Source: a virus (taxonomy: Duplodnaviria > Heunggongvirae > Uroviricota > Caudoviricetes). Taken from it: a DNA stretch of 17,162 nucleotides. Below the pieces are notes generated by a model, which had not been told where the DNA came from, did no database searches, and saw only the letters and a list, made by a program, of their open reading frames with translations. The position numbers and the translations under genes are program-made. Position 1 is the stretch's first letter, and each line of letters starts with the position of its first letter. Positions 1-7,079 of this stretch are shown one piece after another. Location of the stretch: IMG/VR virus record IMGVR_UViG_2563366831_000005. One strand, written 5' to 3'.

Positions 1-569
1 GTGCCGGACGGTCGACGGGCCCATAACGCCTGCTCCAGTGCATCCAGCACGAATGTCGTTTCCATGGACGATGAGACCCGCCACCCCACGATGTATCCGG
101 CAAACACATCAATGATGAACGCCACATAGACGAAGCCCCGCCATGTGCTGACGTAAGTAAAATCAGCCACCCACAGCTGGTCAGGTCGTTCTGCCACGAA
201 CTGACGGTTTACGCGGTCGCCTGCGGCAACGGCTTTCCGGCTGATGGTCGTACGGACCTTTTTACCCCGGAGAACACCGGCAAGTCCCATAACCGCCATG
301 AGACGTGCCACAGTGCATCTGGCCACTCTGATACCTTCCCGTAACAACTGACGCCAGACTTTACGCACACCGTATACCTTGTGATTTTCATCGTATACGC
401 GCTGTATCTCTTTCTTCAGCCAGTCATCGCGCTGCGCACGGGCACTGCGTTTATCCGGATGATGTCGCTGTTGCTGACAGTGGTAATACGTTGACGGGGC
501 AATATGCAGTTCGCTGCATAGCGGTCCGACCCCGTACTGCTCACGCAGCTTATCCAGCAGTGGCATCAT
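1..569 (-). CDS. IS3-family transposase OrfB (DDE integrase domain), 3' end beyond window
   Basis: Minus-strand translation from ATGATG at 569-564 reads [72 protein letters not shown]...[57 protein letters not shown] and stays open to position 1. It is absent from the ORF track only because it has no stop inside the window. Confidence 0.85.
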   Translation of the reverse strand, partial: MMPLLDKLREQYGVGPLCSELHIAPSTYYHCQQQRHHPDKRSARAQRDDWLKKEIQRVYDENHKVYGVRKVWRQLLREGIRVARCTVARLMAVMGLAGVLRGKKVRTTISRKAVAAGDRVNRQFVAERPDQLWVADFTYVSTWRGFVYVAFIIDVFAGYIVGWRVSSSMETTFVLDALEQALWARRPSG

Positions 570-892
570 TTTTTCCAGAGGCGGTCGAACTCCGCCTTCG
601 CAAAATAAGCGGAAGCCTGGCGAAGGATATCGTTACTGCGGCGCAGTTCACGATTTTCACGTTCCAGCTCTTTCAGACGCTGACGTTCAGCGGTGGTGAG
701 CCCTCCATCACCACCCCCGGTATCCCGCTCATGCTGGCGAACCCAGACACGCAGAGTCTCCGGCGTACAGCCAATCTTTGGAGCAATGGAACAAATTGTC
801 GCCCATTGTGAGTCATATTCGCTCTGACTTTCCAGAACCATACGGACTGCCCGTTGACGGACTTCGGGGGAAAAACGAGTATTTTTAGTCAT
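566..892 (-). CDS. IS3-family transposase OrfA (helix-turn-helix / leucine-zipper protein)
   Basis: 108 aa [60 protein letters not shown]...[34 protein letters not shown], typical OrfA. Its TGA stop overlaps the orfB ATG. Confidence 0.9.
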   Translation of the reverse strand: MTKNTRFSPEVRQRAVRMVLESQSEYDSQWATICSIAPKIGCTPETLRVWVRQHERDTGGGDGGLTTAERQRLKELERENRELRRSNDILRQASAYFAKAEFDRLWKK

Positions 893-946
893 CCTGTTTA
901 CCTCTTTCTCAGGAAGTTTAGTCTCCAGGATTCCCGGGGCGGTTCA

Positions 947-988
947 GAAATTAAAGCTAAGTTCGGACTGAAAGGAGCAAGTGTATGA
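947..988 (+). pseudogene. 3'-terminal remnant (13 codons) of the phage replication gene (P position in lambda), cut off by the IS
   Basis: The frame ending in TGA at 986-988 overlaps the ren ATG at 985-987 as ATGA, the P/ren junction architecture of lambda. The open frame (EIKAKFGLKGASV*) begins exactly at the IS terminus. Identity as P is inferred from position only. Confidence 0.4.
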
Positions 989-1275
989 AGGGCAAAGAGG
1001 CAATTATTCATTACCTGGGGACGCATAATAGCTTCTGTGCGCCGGACGTTGCCGCGCTAACAGGCGCAACAGTAACCAGCATAAATCAGGCCGCGGCTAA
1101 AATGGCACGGGCAGGTCTTCTGGTTATCGAAGGTAAGGTCTGGCGAACGGTGTATTACCGGTTTGCTACCAGGGAAGAACGGGAAGGAAAGATGAGCACG
1201 AACCTGATTTTTAAGGAGTGTCGCCAGAGTGCCGCGATGAAACGGGTATTGGCGGTATATGGAGTTAAAAGATGA
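985..1275 (+). CDS. ren: Ren (Rex-exclusion resistance protein), lambda-like
   Basis: 96 aa, MKGKEAIIHYLGTHNSFCAPDVAALTGATVTSINQAAAKMARAG...; matches lambda Ren in length and sequence as recalled. Sits directly upstream of the tR2-like terminator and ninB. Confidence 0.85.
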   Translation: MKGKEAIIHYLGTHNSFCAPDVAALTGATVTSINQAAAKMARAGLLVIEGKVWRTVYYRFATREEREGKMSTNLIFKECRQSAAMKRVLAVYGVKR

Positions 1276-1300
1276 CCATCTACATTACTGAGCTAATAAC

Positions 1301-1333
1301 AGGCCTGCTGGTAATCGCAGGCCTTTTTATTTG
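1301..1333 (+). terminator. Intrinsic terminator, tR2-like (between ren and ninB)
   Basis: AGGCCTGC (1301-1308), loop tggtaatc, GCAGGCCT (1317-1324), then TTTTTATTT. Same position as lambda tR2. Confidence 0.6.
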
Positions 1334-1348
1334 GGGGAGAGGGAAGTC

Positions 1349-1789
1349 ATGAAAAAACTAACCTTTGAAATTCGATCTCCAGCACATCAGCAAAACGCTA
1401 TTCACGCAGTACAGCAAATCCTTCCAGACCCAACCAAACCAATCGTAGTAACCATTCAGGAACGCAACCGCAGCTTAGACCAAAACAGGAAGCTATGGGC
1501 CTGCTTAGGTGACGTCTCTCGTCAGGTTGAATGGCATGGTCGCTGGCTGGATGCAGAAAGCTGGAAGTGTGTGTTTACCGCAGCATTAAAGCAGCAGGAT
1601 GTTGTTCCTAACCTTGCCGGGAATGGCTTTGTGGTAATAGGCCAGTCAACCAGCAGGATGCGTGTAGGCGAATTTGCGGAGCTATTAGAGCTTATACAGG
1701 CATTCGGTACAGAGCGTGGCGTTAAGTGGTCAGACGAAGCGAGACTGGCTCTGGAGTGGAAAGCGAGATGGGGAGATCGGGCTGCATGA
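1349..1789 (+). CDS. ninB: NinB (Orf-family recombination protein)
   Basis: 146 aa from ATG 1349 (MKKLTFEIRSPAHQQNAIHAVQQILPDPTKPIVVTIQERNRSLDQNRKLWACLGDVSRQVEWHGRWLD...), preceded by a GGGAGAGGGAAG ribosome-binding site. The track's start at 1331 is a TTG extension. Confidence 0.9.
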   Translation: MKKLTFEIRSPAHQQNAIHAVQQILPDPTKPIVVTIQERNRSLDQNRKLWACLGDVSRQVEWHGRWLDAESWKCVFTAALKQQDVVPNLAGNGFVVIGQSTSRMRVGEFAELLELIQAFGTERGVKWSDEARLALEWKARWGDRAA

Positions 1790-2313
1790 CTATCAAATCA
1801 AATACGCCAGCACACGACAAGGACTGCTGGCAAACGCCGCTTTGGCTTTTTGATGCACTGGATATTGAGTTTGGATTCTGGCTGGATTCGGCAGCGAGCG
1901 ACAAAAATGCTCTGTGTGCTCACTGGCTAACTGAGGCCGACGACGCGCTCAATTCTGAGTGGGTAAGCCACGGTGCAATCTGGAATAACCCACCGTACAG
2001 CAATATCAGGCCGTGGGTGGAAAAAGCTGCTGAGCAGTGCATACAACAGCGACAGACGGTAGTTATGCTTGTGCCAGAGGATATGTCAGTCGGATGGTTC
2101 AGCAAGGCTCTGGAGAGTGTCGACGAAGTTCGCATTATCACTGATGGACGGATTAATTTTATCGAACCATCGACAGGGCTGGAGAAGAAGGGAAACAGCA
2201 AAGGCTCCATGCTGCTGATTTGGCGACCGTTCATCAGTCCTCGACGGATGTTTACTACCGTATCCAAAGCGGCATTGATGGCGATCGGGCAGGGCGTCAG
2301 GAGGGCGGCATGA
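1786..2313 (+). CDS. Phage DNA N6-adenine methyltransferase (Dam-type, orphan)
   Basis: ATG 1786 overlaps the ninB stop (ATGA). The product [31 protein letters not shown]...[16 protein letters not shown]... carries the NPPY catalytic motif of N6-adenine methyltransferases. No restriction endonuclease partner is nearby. Confidence 0.8.
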   Translation: MTIKSNTPAHDKDCWQTPLWLFDALDIEFGFWLDSAASDKNALCAHWLTEADDALNSEWVSHGAIWNNPPYSNIRPWVEKAAEQCIQQRQTVVMLVPEDMSVGWFSKALESVDEVRIITDGRINFIEPSTGLEKKGNSKGSMLLIWRPFISPRRMFTTVSKAALMAIGQGVRRAA

Positions 2314-2486
2314 GGCGACAGCGACGAAGTTTCACCGACATCATCTGCGAAAACTGCAAATACCTTCCAACGAAACGCTCCAGAAATAAACGCAAGCCAA
2401 TCCCAAAAGAATCTGACGTAAAAACCTTCAATTACACAGCTCACCTGTGGGATATCCGGTGGCTAAGATATCGTGCGAGGAAATGA
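2310..2486 (+). CDS. ninE: NinE
   Basis: 58 aa [58 protein letters not shown]; its ATG overlaps the methyltransferase stop. Matches lambda NinE as recalled. Confidence 0.8.
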   Translation: MRRQRRSFTDIICENCKYLPTKRSRNKRKPIPKESDVKTFNYTAHLWDIRWLRYRARK

Positions 2487-2830
2487 CAATGGATTATTCA
2501 CAGTTAAGTGATTTTGAAATTAACAGAATGGTAGGAGACATAATTTTTAAAGGCCTTTGGGCAAGTAAACCGGAAACATCAGGGAATAACACCAACAAAT
2601 GGTATTACGGAAATGCTGATACAACTTTTGAGCCATTAAATCATTTGCCTGACTACTGCAATGATCCGAGCGCTTCATGGCCGATTATTGAGAAATACAG
2701 GATTTCTATCTTAGACCAGTTAACTGAATGGTGTGTGGATGCAAAAGGCGTAAGCCCAATATTTGATACCAGACCTCTCCGCGCCGCCATGATTGTCTTT
2801 CTCCTGATGCAGGAGGCCAATAATGCTTAG
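2483..2830 (+). CDS. NinX-like nin-region protein of unknown function (P22 NinX family position and size)
   Basis: 115 aa from ATG 2483, overlapping the ninE stop (ATGA): [89 protein letters not shown].... Visibly more AT-rich than the flanking genes. Family name is from memory and tentative. Confidence 0.55.
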   Translation: MTMDYSQLSDFEINRMVGDIIFKGLWASKPETSGNNTNKWYYGNADTTFEPLNHLPDYCNDPSASWPIIEKYRISILDQLTEWCVDAKGVSPIFDTRPLRAAMIVFLLMQEANNA

Positions 2831-3017
2831 CCCATCTCAATCCCTTCAATACCTGAAAGGAAGCATAGAGCGGGCTTCAATGTGCACAGAGTGGATTCTA
2901 TCTAGGTTTAGCGCATACAGAAGATTGCCGGTAAAGGGCATGCCAAGCAAGTCGATGCTGCATATGCAAAAGAATGCGCGCTGGAAGGTATGGCGAGAAC
3001 ACAGTTTATCTGGCTGA
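2823..3017 (+). pseudogene. Chimeric ORF: NinF-like N-terminus running out of frame into a ybcO-like remnant
   Basis: ATG 2823 lies 6 nt after AGGAGG (2811-2816). The first ~18 codons, [18 protein letters not shown], resemble the lambda NinF N-terminus. The rest (…ILSRFSAYRRLPVKGMPSKSMLHMQKNARWKVWREHSLSG) has no recognisable family and overlaps the ybcO-like frame out of phase. Confidence 0.35.
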
Positions 3018-3040
3018 AAGAGGGGGTTATTAAGGCGTGA
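2951..3040 (+). pseudogene. 3' remnant of a ybcO-like (DUF1364-type) nin gene, no start codon
   Basis: The frame ending TGA 3038-3040 overlaps the rusA GTG and reads ...[29 protein letters not shown], matching the C-terminus of DLP12 YbcO as recalled. Upstream the same frame hits TAG at 2909-2911 and the similarity is lost. Confidence 0.4.
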
Positions 3041-3399
3041 ATACCTACAATATCACATTACCCTGGCCGCCGAGCAATAATCGCTATTACCGCCATAATC
3101 GCGGGCGCACGCACATCAGCGCAGAGGGGCAGGCATACCGCGAAAACGTCGCCCGAATCATTAAAAACGCAATGCTGGATATCGGCCTGGCTATGCCTGT
3201 GAAAATCCGCATTGAGTGTCACATGCCGGATCGCCGTCGCCGTGACCTGGATAATCTACAAAAGGCCGCTTTTGACGCACTCACCAAAGCAGGTTTCTGG
3301 CTGGATGATGCTCAGGTCGTTGATTACCGCGTTGTGAAGATGCCGGTTGTCAAAGGTGGAAAGCTGGAACTGACCATCACTGAACAGGGAGATGAATGA
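3037..3399 (+). CDS. rusA: RusA Holliday-junction resolvase
   Basis: 120 aa, [103 protein letters not shown]...; GTG start. Essentially the E. coli prophage RusA sequence. Confidence 0.9.
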   Translation: MNTYNITLPWPPSNNRYYRHNRGRTHISAEGQAYRENVARIIKNAMLDIGLAMPVKIRIECHMPDRRRRDLDNLQKAAFDALTKAGFWLDDAQVVDYRVVKMPVVKGGKLELTITEQGDE

Positions 3400-3536
3400 T
3401 GTTTGAGTTTTATATGGCAGAACTTCTTCGCCACCGCTGGATGCGCCTGCGCTTATATCGTTTCCCCGGTTCTGTTTTGACCGATTACCGAATACTGAAG
3501 AATTACGCCAAAACACTGACAGGAGCAGGAGTATGA
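3396..3536 (+). CDS. ylcG: YlcG-like small protein (46 aa)
   Basis: ATGATG at 3396 overlaps the rusA stop. The product [46 protein letters not shown] matches DLP12 YlcG as recalled. Below the ORF track's length cutoff. Confidence 0.55.
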   Translation: MMFEFYMAELLRHRWMRLRLYRFPGSVLTDYRILKNYAKTLTGAGV

Positions 3537-3621
3537 AGTCAGAGATAACAATCAACTAATACTGTTTTGTTGATTTTTGCTTGTAATTGGCGTTCTGGTC
3601 TGAGTTTTGTGGAGTAAGTTG

Positions 3622-4005
3622 ATGCGTGATATTCAGATGGTTCTTGAGCGTTGGGGAGCGTGGGCGGCTAATAATCATGAAGATGTGACCTGGTCGTCCA
3701 TTGCCGCCGGTTTTAAGGGATTAATTCCTTCAAAAGTAAAATCTCGCCCACAATGTTGTGACGATGACGCGATGATCATTTGCGGGTGCATGGCCCGTCT
3801 GAAAAAGAACAACAGCGATTTGCATGATTTATTAGTAGATTATTATGTAGTCGGTATGACATTCATGTCACTGGCAGGTAAGCATTGCTGCTCTGATGGT
3901 TATATCGGGAAAAGGTTACAGAAGGCTGAGGGCATAATTGAAGGGATGTTAATGGCATTAGATATCCGGTTAGAGATGGATATCGTTGTTAATAACTCTA
4001 ATTAA
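3622..4005 (+). CDS. Q: Late-gene antiterminator Q (DLP12 QuuD / phage-21-like type)
   Basis: 127 aa from ATG 3622 ([60 protein letters not shown]...), GGAG ribosome-binding site at 3611-3614. Cysteine cluster consistent with a zinc-binding Q. Sits immediately upstream of the late region. Confidence 0.8.
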   Translation: MRDIQMVLERWGAWAANNHEDVTWSSIAAGFKGLIPSKVKSRPQCCDDDAMIICGCMARLKKNNSDLHDLLVDYYVVGMTFMSLAGKHCCSDGYIGKRLQKAEGIIEGMLMALDIRLEMDIVVNNSN

Positions 4006-4145
4006 TATGCCAATTATTTACTAAAAGTTATTAAAAATGGGGCGTTGAGACGCCCCCAAAAATAAAGGGTAATATATAACAGAAGGTTTATATAGTTAGA
4101 AGCAAGGTTGTGCTTCTAAAGGAAGTGGCTTGAGGGAGCCACTTA
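4006..4145 (+). promoter_or_regulatory. Candidate late promoter / Q-utilisation region (PR'-qut position)
   Basis: Position immediately downstream of Q, as in lambdoid phages. AT-rich with TTGAGA and TAATAT/TATATA hexamers, but I could not assign a convincing -35/-10 pair with canonical spacing. Confidence 0.25.
4039..4056 (-). terminator. Intrinsic terminator on the minus strand (distal terminator for the porin transcript)
   Basis: GGGGCGT (4039-4045), loop tgag, ACGCCCC (4050-4056). On the minus strand it is followed by ATTTTTAATAACTTTT; on the plus strand the tail is A-rich, so it is minus-specific. Confidence 0.4.
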
Positions 4146-4185
4146 TATGTTGGGGAGGCAACGCCTCCCGCAACATATCTTTTTC
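4146..4185 (+). terminator. Strong intrinsic terminator on the plus strand (tR'-like, downstream of Q)
   Basis: 15-bp interrupted stem: ATATGTTG-GGGAGGC, loop AAC, GCCTCCC-(g)-CAACATAT (4146-4179), followed by CTTTTT (4180-4185). Abuts the porin stop codon at 4195-4197. Confidence 0.55.
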
Positions 4186-4194
4186 GTAATCAGA

Positions 4195-5292
4195 TTAGAA
4201 CTGGTAAACCAGACCTACAGCAACGATGTCATCAGTGCTTACACCGAGTGCTTTAGTGAAGTCATTTTTGTCAAGCAGGTTGATTTTGTAATCAACGAAA
4301 GTAGACATATTTTTGTTGAAGTAATAGGTTGCACCTACATCAACATATTTGACTAAGTCCTGATCGCCCCATACTCCAAGATCCTTACCTTTAGATTGCA
4401 GGTAAGCAACGGACGGACGCAGACCGAAATCGAACTGATATTGTGCAACAGCTTCGAAGTTTTGGGCTTTATTAGCAACGAAGTGATCAGCAAATACAGT
4501 CATATTCTGGGTTTCAGAATAGGTAGTGGCCAGGTAAATGTTGTTAGCGTCATATTTCAGACCTGCGGCCCAAACTTCTGCATTTTTACCGGAAGCAAAT
4601 ACTTCAGGAAGAACTTTCCCTGCATTAACTTGAGTGTCGGTACGATCAGATTTCGCATAAGTTGCACCGATACCGAATCCTTCGTATTCATAGGTAGCAG
4701 AGAAACCGAAGCCATCACCGTTACCTTCAGTGTAGTTATCGAAATCGCTACGATCGTTTTTGCCTTGGTACTGAGCAGCAAAGTTCAGACCATCAACCAG
4801 ACCAAAGAAGTCGTTGTTACGATAGGTTGCAACACCAGTGGTGCGACCAGTCATGAACACATCTGTTTGGGTCCAGGTATCGCCACCGAATTCTGGCAGA
4901 ACGTCAGTCCACGCACCGATGTCGTATGCTACACCGTAGTTACGGCCGTAATCGATTGAGCCGTAGTCACCGAATTTCAGGCCTGCAAATGCAAGACGGG
5001 TTTTGTCTTTGGAGGAACCTTGAGATTCAGCGCGGTTGCCTTTGAATTCATATTCCCACTGACCGAAACCAGTCAGTTGATCGTTGATTTGGGTTTCACC
5101 TTTGAAGCCAAGACGGGCATAAGTAGTATCACCATCATCTGCATCATTAGAGGAGAAGTAGTGCTTGGCATTAACTTTCCCGTACAGATCCAGCTTGTTA
5201 CTGTCTTTATTATAAATTTCAGCTGCCTGAGCAGACATCGCCATCAGTACTGATGCAGCTACAGCAGAAATTGCCACTGTTAATTTTTTCAT
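4195..5292 (-). CDS. nmpC: Phage-encoded OmpC-family outer-membrane porin (NmpC/Lc type), intact
   Basis: 365 aa with a signal peptide ([23 protein letters not shown]|AEIYNK) and typical porin sequence through the C-terminal ...VGLVYQF. Uninterrupted by any IS. Confidence 0.9.
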   Translation of the reverse strand: MKKLTVAISAVAASVLMAMSAQAAEIYNKDSNKLDLYGKVNAKHYFSSNDADDGDTTYARLGFKGETQINDQLTGFGQWEYEFKGNRAESQGSSKDKTRLAFAGLKFGDYGSIDYGRNYGVAYDIGAWTDVLPEFGGDTWTQTDVFMTGRTTGVATYRNNDFFGLVDGLNFAAQYQGKNDRSDFDNYTEGNGDGFGFSATYEYEGFGIGATYAKSDRTDTQVNAGKVLPEVFASGKNAEVWAAGLKYDANNIYLATTYSETQNMTVFADHFVANKAQNFEAVAQYQFDFGLRPSVAYLQSKGKDLGVWGDQDLVKYVDVGATYYFNKNMSTFVDYKINLLDKNDFTKALGVSTDDIVAVGLVYQF

Positions 5293-5880
5293 CGTGAGCC
5301 CTTTTTTTTGAACTATTATTAAAAAATGATGTCACTGCGCGATAAATATTCATCTAATCAATGTGATTATTTCAAGATGTAAGTTTTAGTTTCTCATTTA
5401 ATTTGTGAAGTAGATCTCTATTTTTATCTGAACTTTTTCTATCGAAACCTATTTATGGCTCTTATTTGAACAAAAATAAACCTATTAGCTAATTTATATT
5501 AATGGTTGTTATTTATGGAGGTTCTATAATTCAGCAGTTTAATTTAAATCAACTAAAAATAACGTCTGAAATTATTTATTGGTTATTTGTTGAGGTTTTC
5601 TTATGTATTTGTGGTGGTGTTTTGAACACTCGGTAGCATTCTCATAAATATCATTCAGTGGTTTACGTACGTAAAAAATTGGTTATGCTGTTAAGAGTGG
5701 TTACTTCGTCACACAGCTTAAACCCGCCGTCGAGCTGGTTTTTCCATTTTTTGAGTCTCGATATTAGCTGATAACTCAATACCTGAGTTATTCACTGACT
5801 CCGAGTCTGTTACGTTTCTGCTTTTTTGCGATACGTTGTATTCCCTCAATTTACACCCGCTTTGTCTGCGAGGTGGGGTT

Positions 5881-6096
5881 ATGAAATCCATGGATAAGTT
5901 AACAACGGGTGTCGCCTATGGCACCTCAGCAGGTAGTGCCGGTTACTGGTTTTTACAGCTGCTCGATAAAGTCACGCCCTCACAGTGGGCAGCAATAGGT
6001 GTGCTGGGTAGCCTGGTATTTGGCCTGCTGACGTACCTGACAAACCTTTATTTCAAGATTAAAGAAGATAAGCGCAAGGCTGCGAGAGGTGAATAA
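5881..6096 (+). CDS. S: Class II holin, phage-21 S-type pinholin with dual-start motif
   Basis: 71 aa [71 protein letters not shown], with two transmembrane segments and Met1/Met4 dual starts. GGTGGGG ribosome-binding site upstream. The track's 5836 start is an unsupported extension. Confidence 0.85.
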
Positions 6097-6590
6097 TGCC
6101 TCCATCATTACGAAAAGCCGTTGCTGCTATTGGTGGCGGAGCAATTGCTATAGCATCAGTGTTAATCACTGGCCCAAGTGGTAACGATGGTCTGGAAGGT
6201 GTCAGCTACATACCATACAAAGATATTGTTGGTGTATGGACTGTATGTCACGGGCATACAGGAAAAGACATCATGCTCGGTAAAACGTATACCAAAGCAG
6301 AATGCAAAGCACTCTTGAATAAAGACCTTGCCACTGTCGCCAGACAAATTAACCCGTACATCGAAGTCGATATACCGGAAACAACGCGCGGCGCTCTTTA
6401 CTCATTCGTTTACAACGTGGGTGCTGGCAATTTCAGAACATCGACGCTTCTTCGCAAAATAAACCAGGGCGATATCAAAGGCGCATGTGATCAGCTACGT
6501 CGCTGGACATATGCTGGCGGTAAGCAATGGAAAGGTCTCATGACTCGTCGTGAGATTGAGCGTGAAATCTGTTTGTGGGGTCAGCAATGA
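6096..6590 (+). CDS. R: SAR endolysin (phage-21 R-type lysozyme with N-terminal signal-anchor-release domain)
   Basis: 164 aa. N-terminal Gly/Ala-rich weakly hydrophobic segment ([19 protein letters not shown]) followed by a T4-lysozyme-like domain. ATG overlaps the holin stop (TAATG). Confidence 0.9.
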   Translation: MPPSLRKAVAAIGGGAIAIASVLITGPSGNDGLEGVSYIPYKDIVGVWTVCHGHTGKDIMLGKTYTKAECKALLNKDLATVARQINPYIEVDIPETTRGALYSFVYNVGAGNFRTSTLLRKINQGDIKGACDQLRRWTYAGGKQWKGLMTRREIEREICLWGQQ

Positions 6591-7048
6591 ACAGAGTAAC
6601 CGCGATTATCTCCGCTCTGGTTATCTGCATCATCGTCTGCCTGTCATGGGCTGTTAATCATTACCGTGATAACGCCATTACCTACAAAGCCCAGCGCGAC
6701 AAAAATGCCAGAGAACTGAAGCTGGCGAACGCGGCAATTACTGACATGCAGATGCGTCAGCGTGATGTTGCTGCGCTCGATGCAAAATACACGAAGGAGT
6801 TAGCTGATGCGAAAGCTGAAAATGATGCTCTGCGTGATGATGTTGCCGCTGGTCGTCGTCGGTTGCACATCAAAGCAGTCTGTCAGTCAGTGCGTGAAGC
6901 CACCACCGCCTCCGGCGTGGATAATGCAGCCTCCCCCCGACTGGCAGACACCGCTGAACGGGATTATTTCACCCTCAGAGAGAGGCTGATCACTATGCAA
7001 AAACAACTGGAAGGAACCCAGAAGTATATTAATGAGCAGTGCAGATAG
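6587..7048 (+). CDS. Rz: Rz inner-membrane spanin
   Basis: 153 aa from ATG 6587, overlapping the endolysin stop (ATGA). N-terminal transmembrane segment then a coiled-coil-like periplasmic region; matches lambda Rz. Confidence 0.85.
   Translation: MNRVTAIISALVICIIVCLSWAVNHYRDNAITYKAQRDKNARELKLANAAITDMQMRQRDVAALDAKYTKELADAKAENDALRDDVAAGRRRLHIKAVCQSVREATTASGVDNAASPRLADTAERDYFTLRERLITMQKQLEGTQKYINEQCR
6807..6989 (+). CDS. Rz1: Rz1 outer-membrane lipoprotein spanin, nested in the +1 frame of Rz
   Basis: 60 aa [60 protein letters not shown]: lipobox VVGC and a proline-rich mature peptide, wholly embedded in Rz. Confidence 0.8.
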   Translation: MRKLKMMLCVMMLPLVVVGCTSKQSVSQCVKPPPPPAWIMQPPPDWQTPLNGIISPSERG

Positions 7049-7079
7049 AGCTGCCCATATCGATGGGCAACTCATGCAA

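Larger units (their letters stand above)
1..946 (-). mobile_element. IS629-type insertion sequence (IS3 family), truncated by the window start; terminus at 946
   Basis: The reverse complement of 893-946 reads TGAACCGCCCCGGGAATCCTGGAGACTAAACTTCCTGAGAAAGAGGTAAACAGGAT, a TGA-initiated IS3-family terminal repeat, directly upstream of orfA. orfA and orfB overlap by ATGA. Both protein sequences match my recollection of IS629/IS1203. The other IS end lies beyond the window. Confidence 0.85.

Noticed and set aside
569-580. Programmed -1 frameshift site between IS orfA and orfB
   Set aside because: The overlap region (TGGAAAAAATGATG) lacks a canonical A-AAA-AAG slippery heptamer, and orfB has its own ATG overlapping the orfA stop, so I cannot support a frameshift call from sequence alone.
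491-811. 106-aa plus-strand ORF inside the IS element
   Set aside because: Lies antisense to transposase orfA/orfB, which have clear family-typical translations; no independent support.
1920-2444. 174-aa minus-strand ORF
   Set aside because: Antisense to the methyltransferase and ninE, which are translationally coupled in a run of same-strand genes; the translation is low-complexity with no recognisable family.
3256-3555. 99-aa minus-strand ORF
   Set aside because: Antisense to rusA and ylcG; no ribosome-binding site and no recognisable features.
4396-4959. 187-aa plus-strand ORF (and 4147-4356, 5020-5253) overlapping the porin gene
   Set aside because: Antisense shadow ORFs of a well-supported porin gene; not independent genes, although this strand may be transcribed as untranslated late read-through.
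5836-5880. Upstream extension of the holin ORF ([15 protein letters not shown]...)
   Set aside because: The family-typical MKSMDK dual-start motif with its own ribosome-binding site begins at 5881; the extension has no ribosome-binding site.
5293-5880. Looked for a tRNA gene or CRISPR repeats in the long non-coding stretch between the porin gene and the holin
   Set aside because: No GC-rich cloverleaf-like segment with a T-loop consensus and no regularly spaced direct repeats; the region is uniformly AT-rich.
7053-7068. Hairpin GCCCAT-atcg-ATGGGC between the convergent Rz and bor genes as a bidirectional terminator
   Set aside because: No U-tract on either strand, so it is not a convincing intrinsic terminator; noted only as a possible structure.
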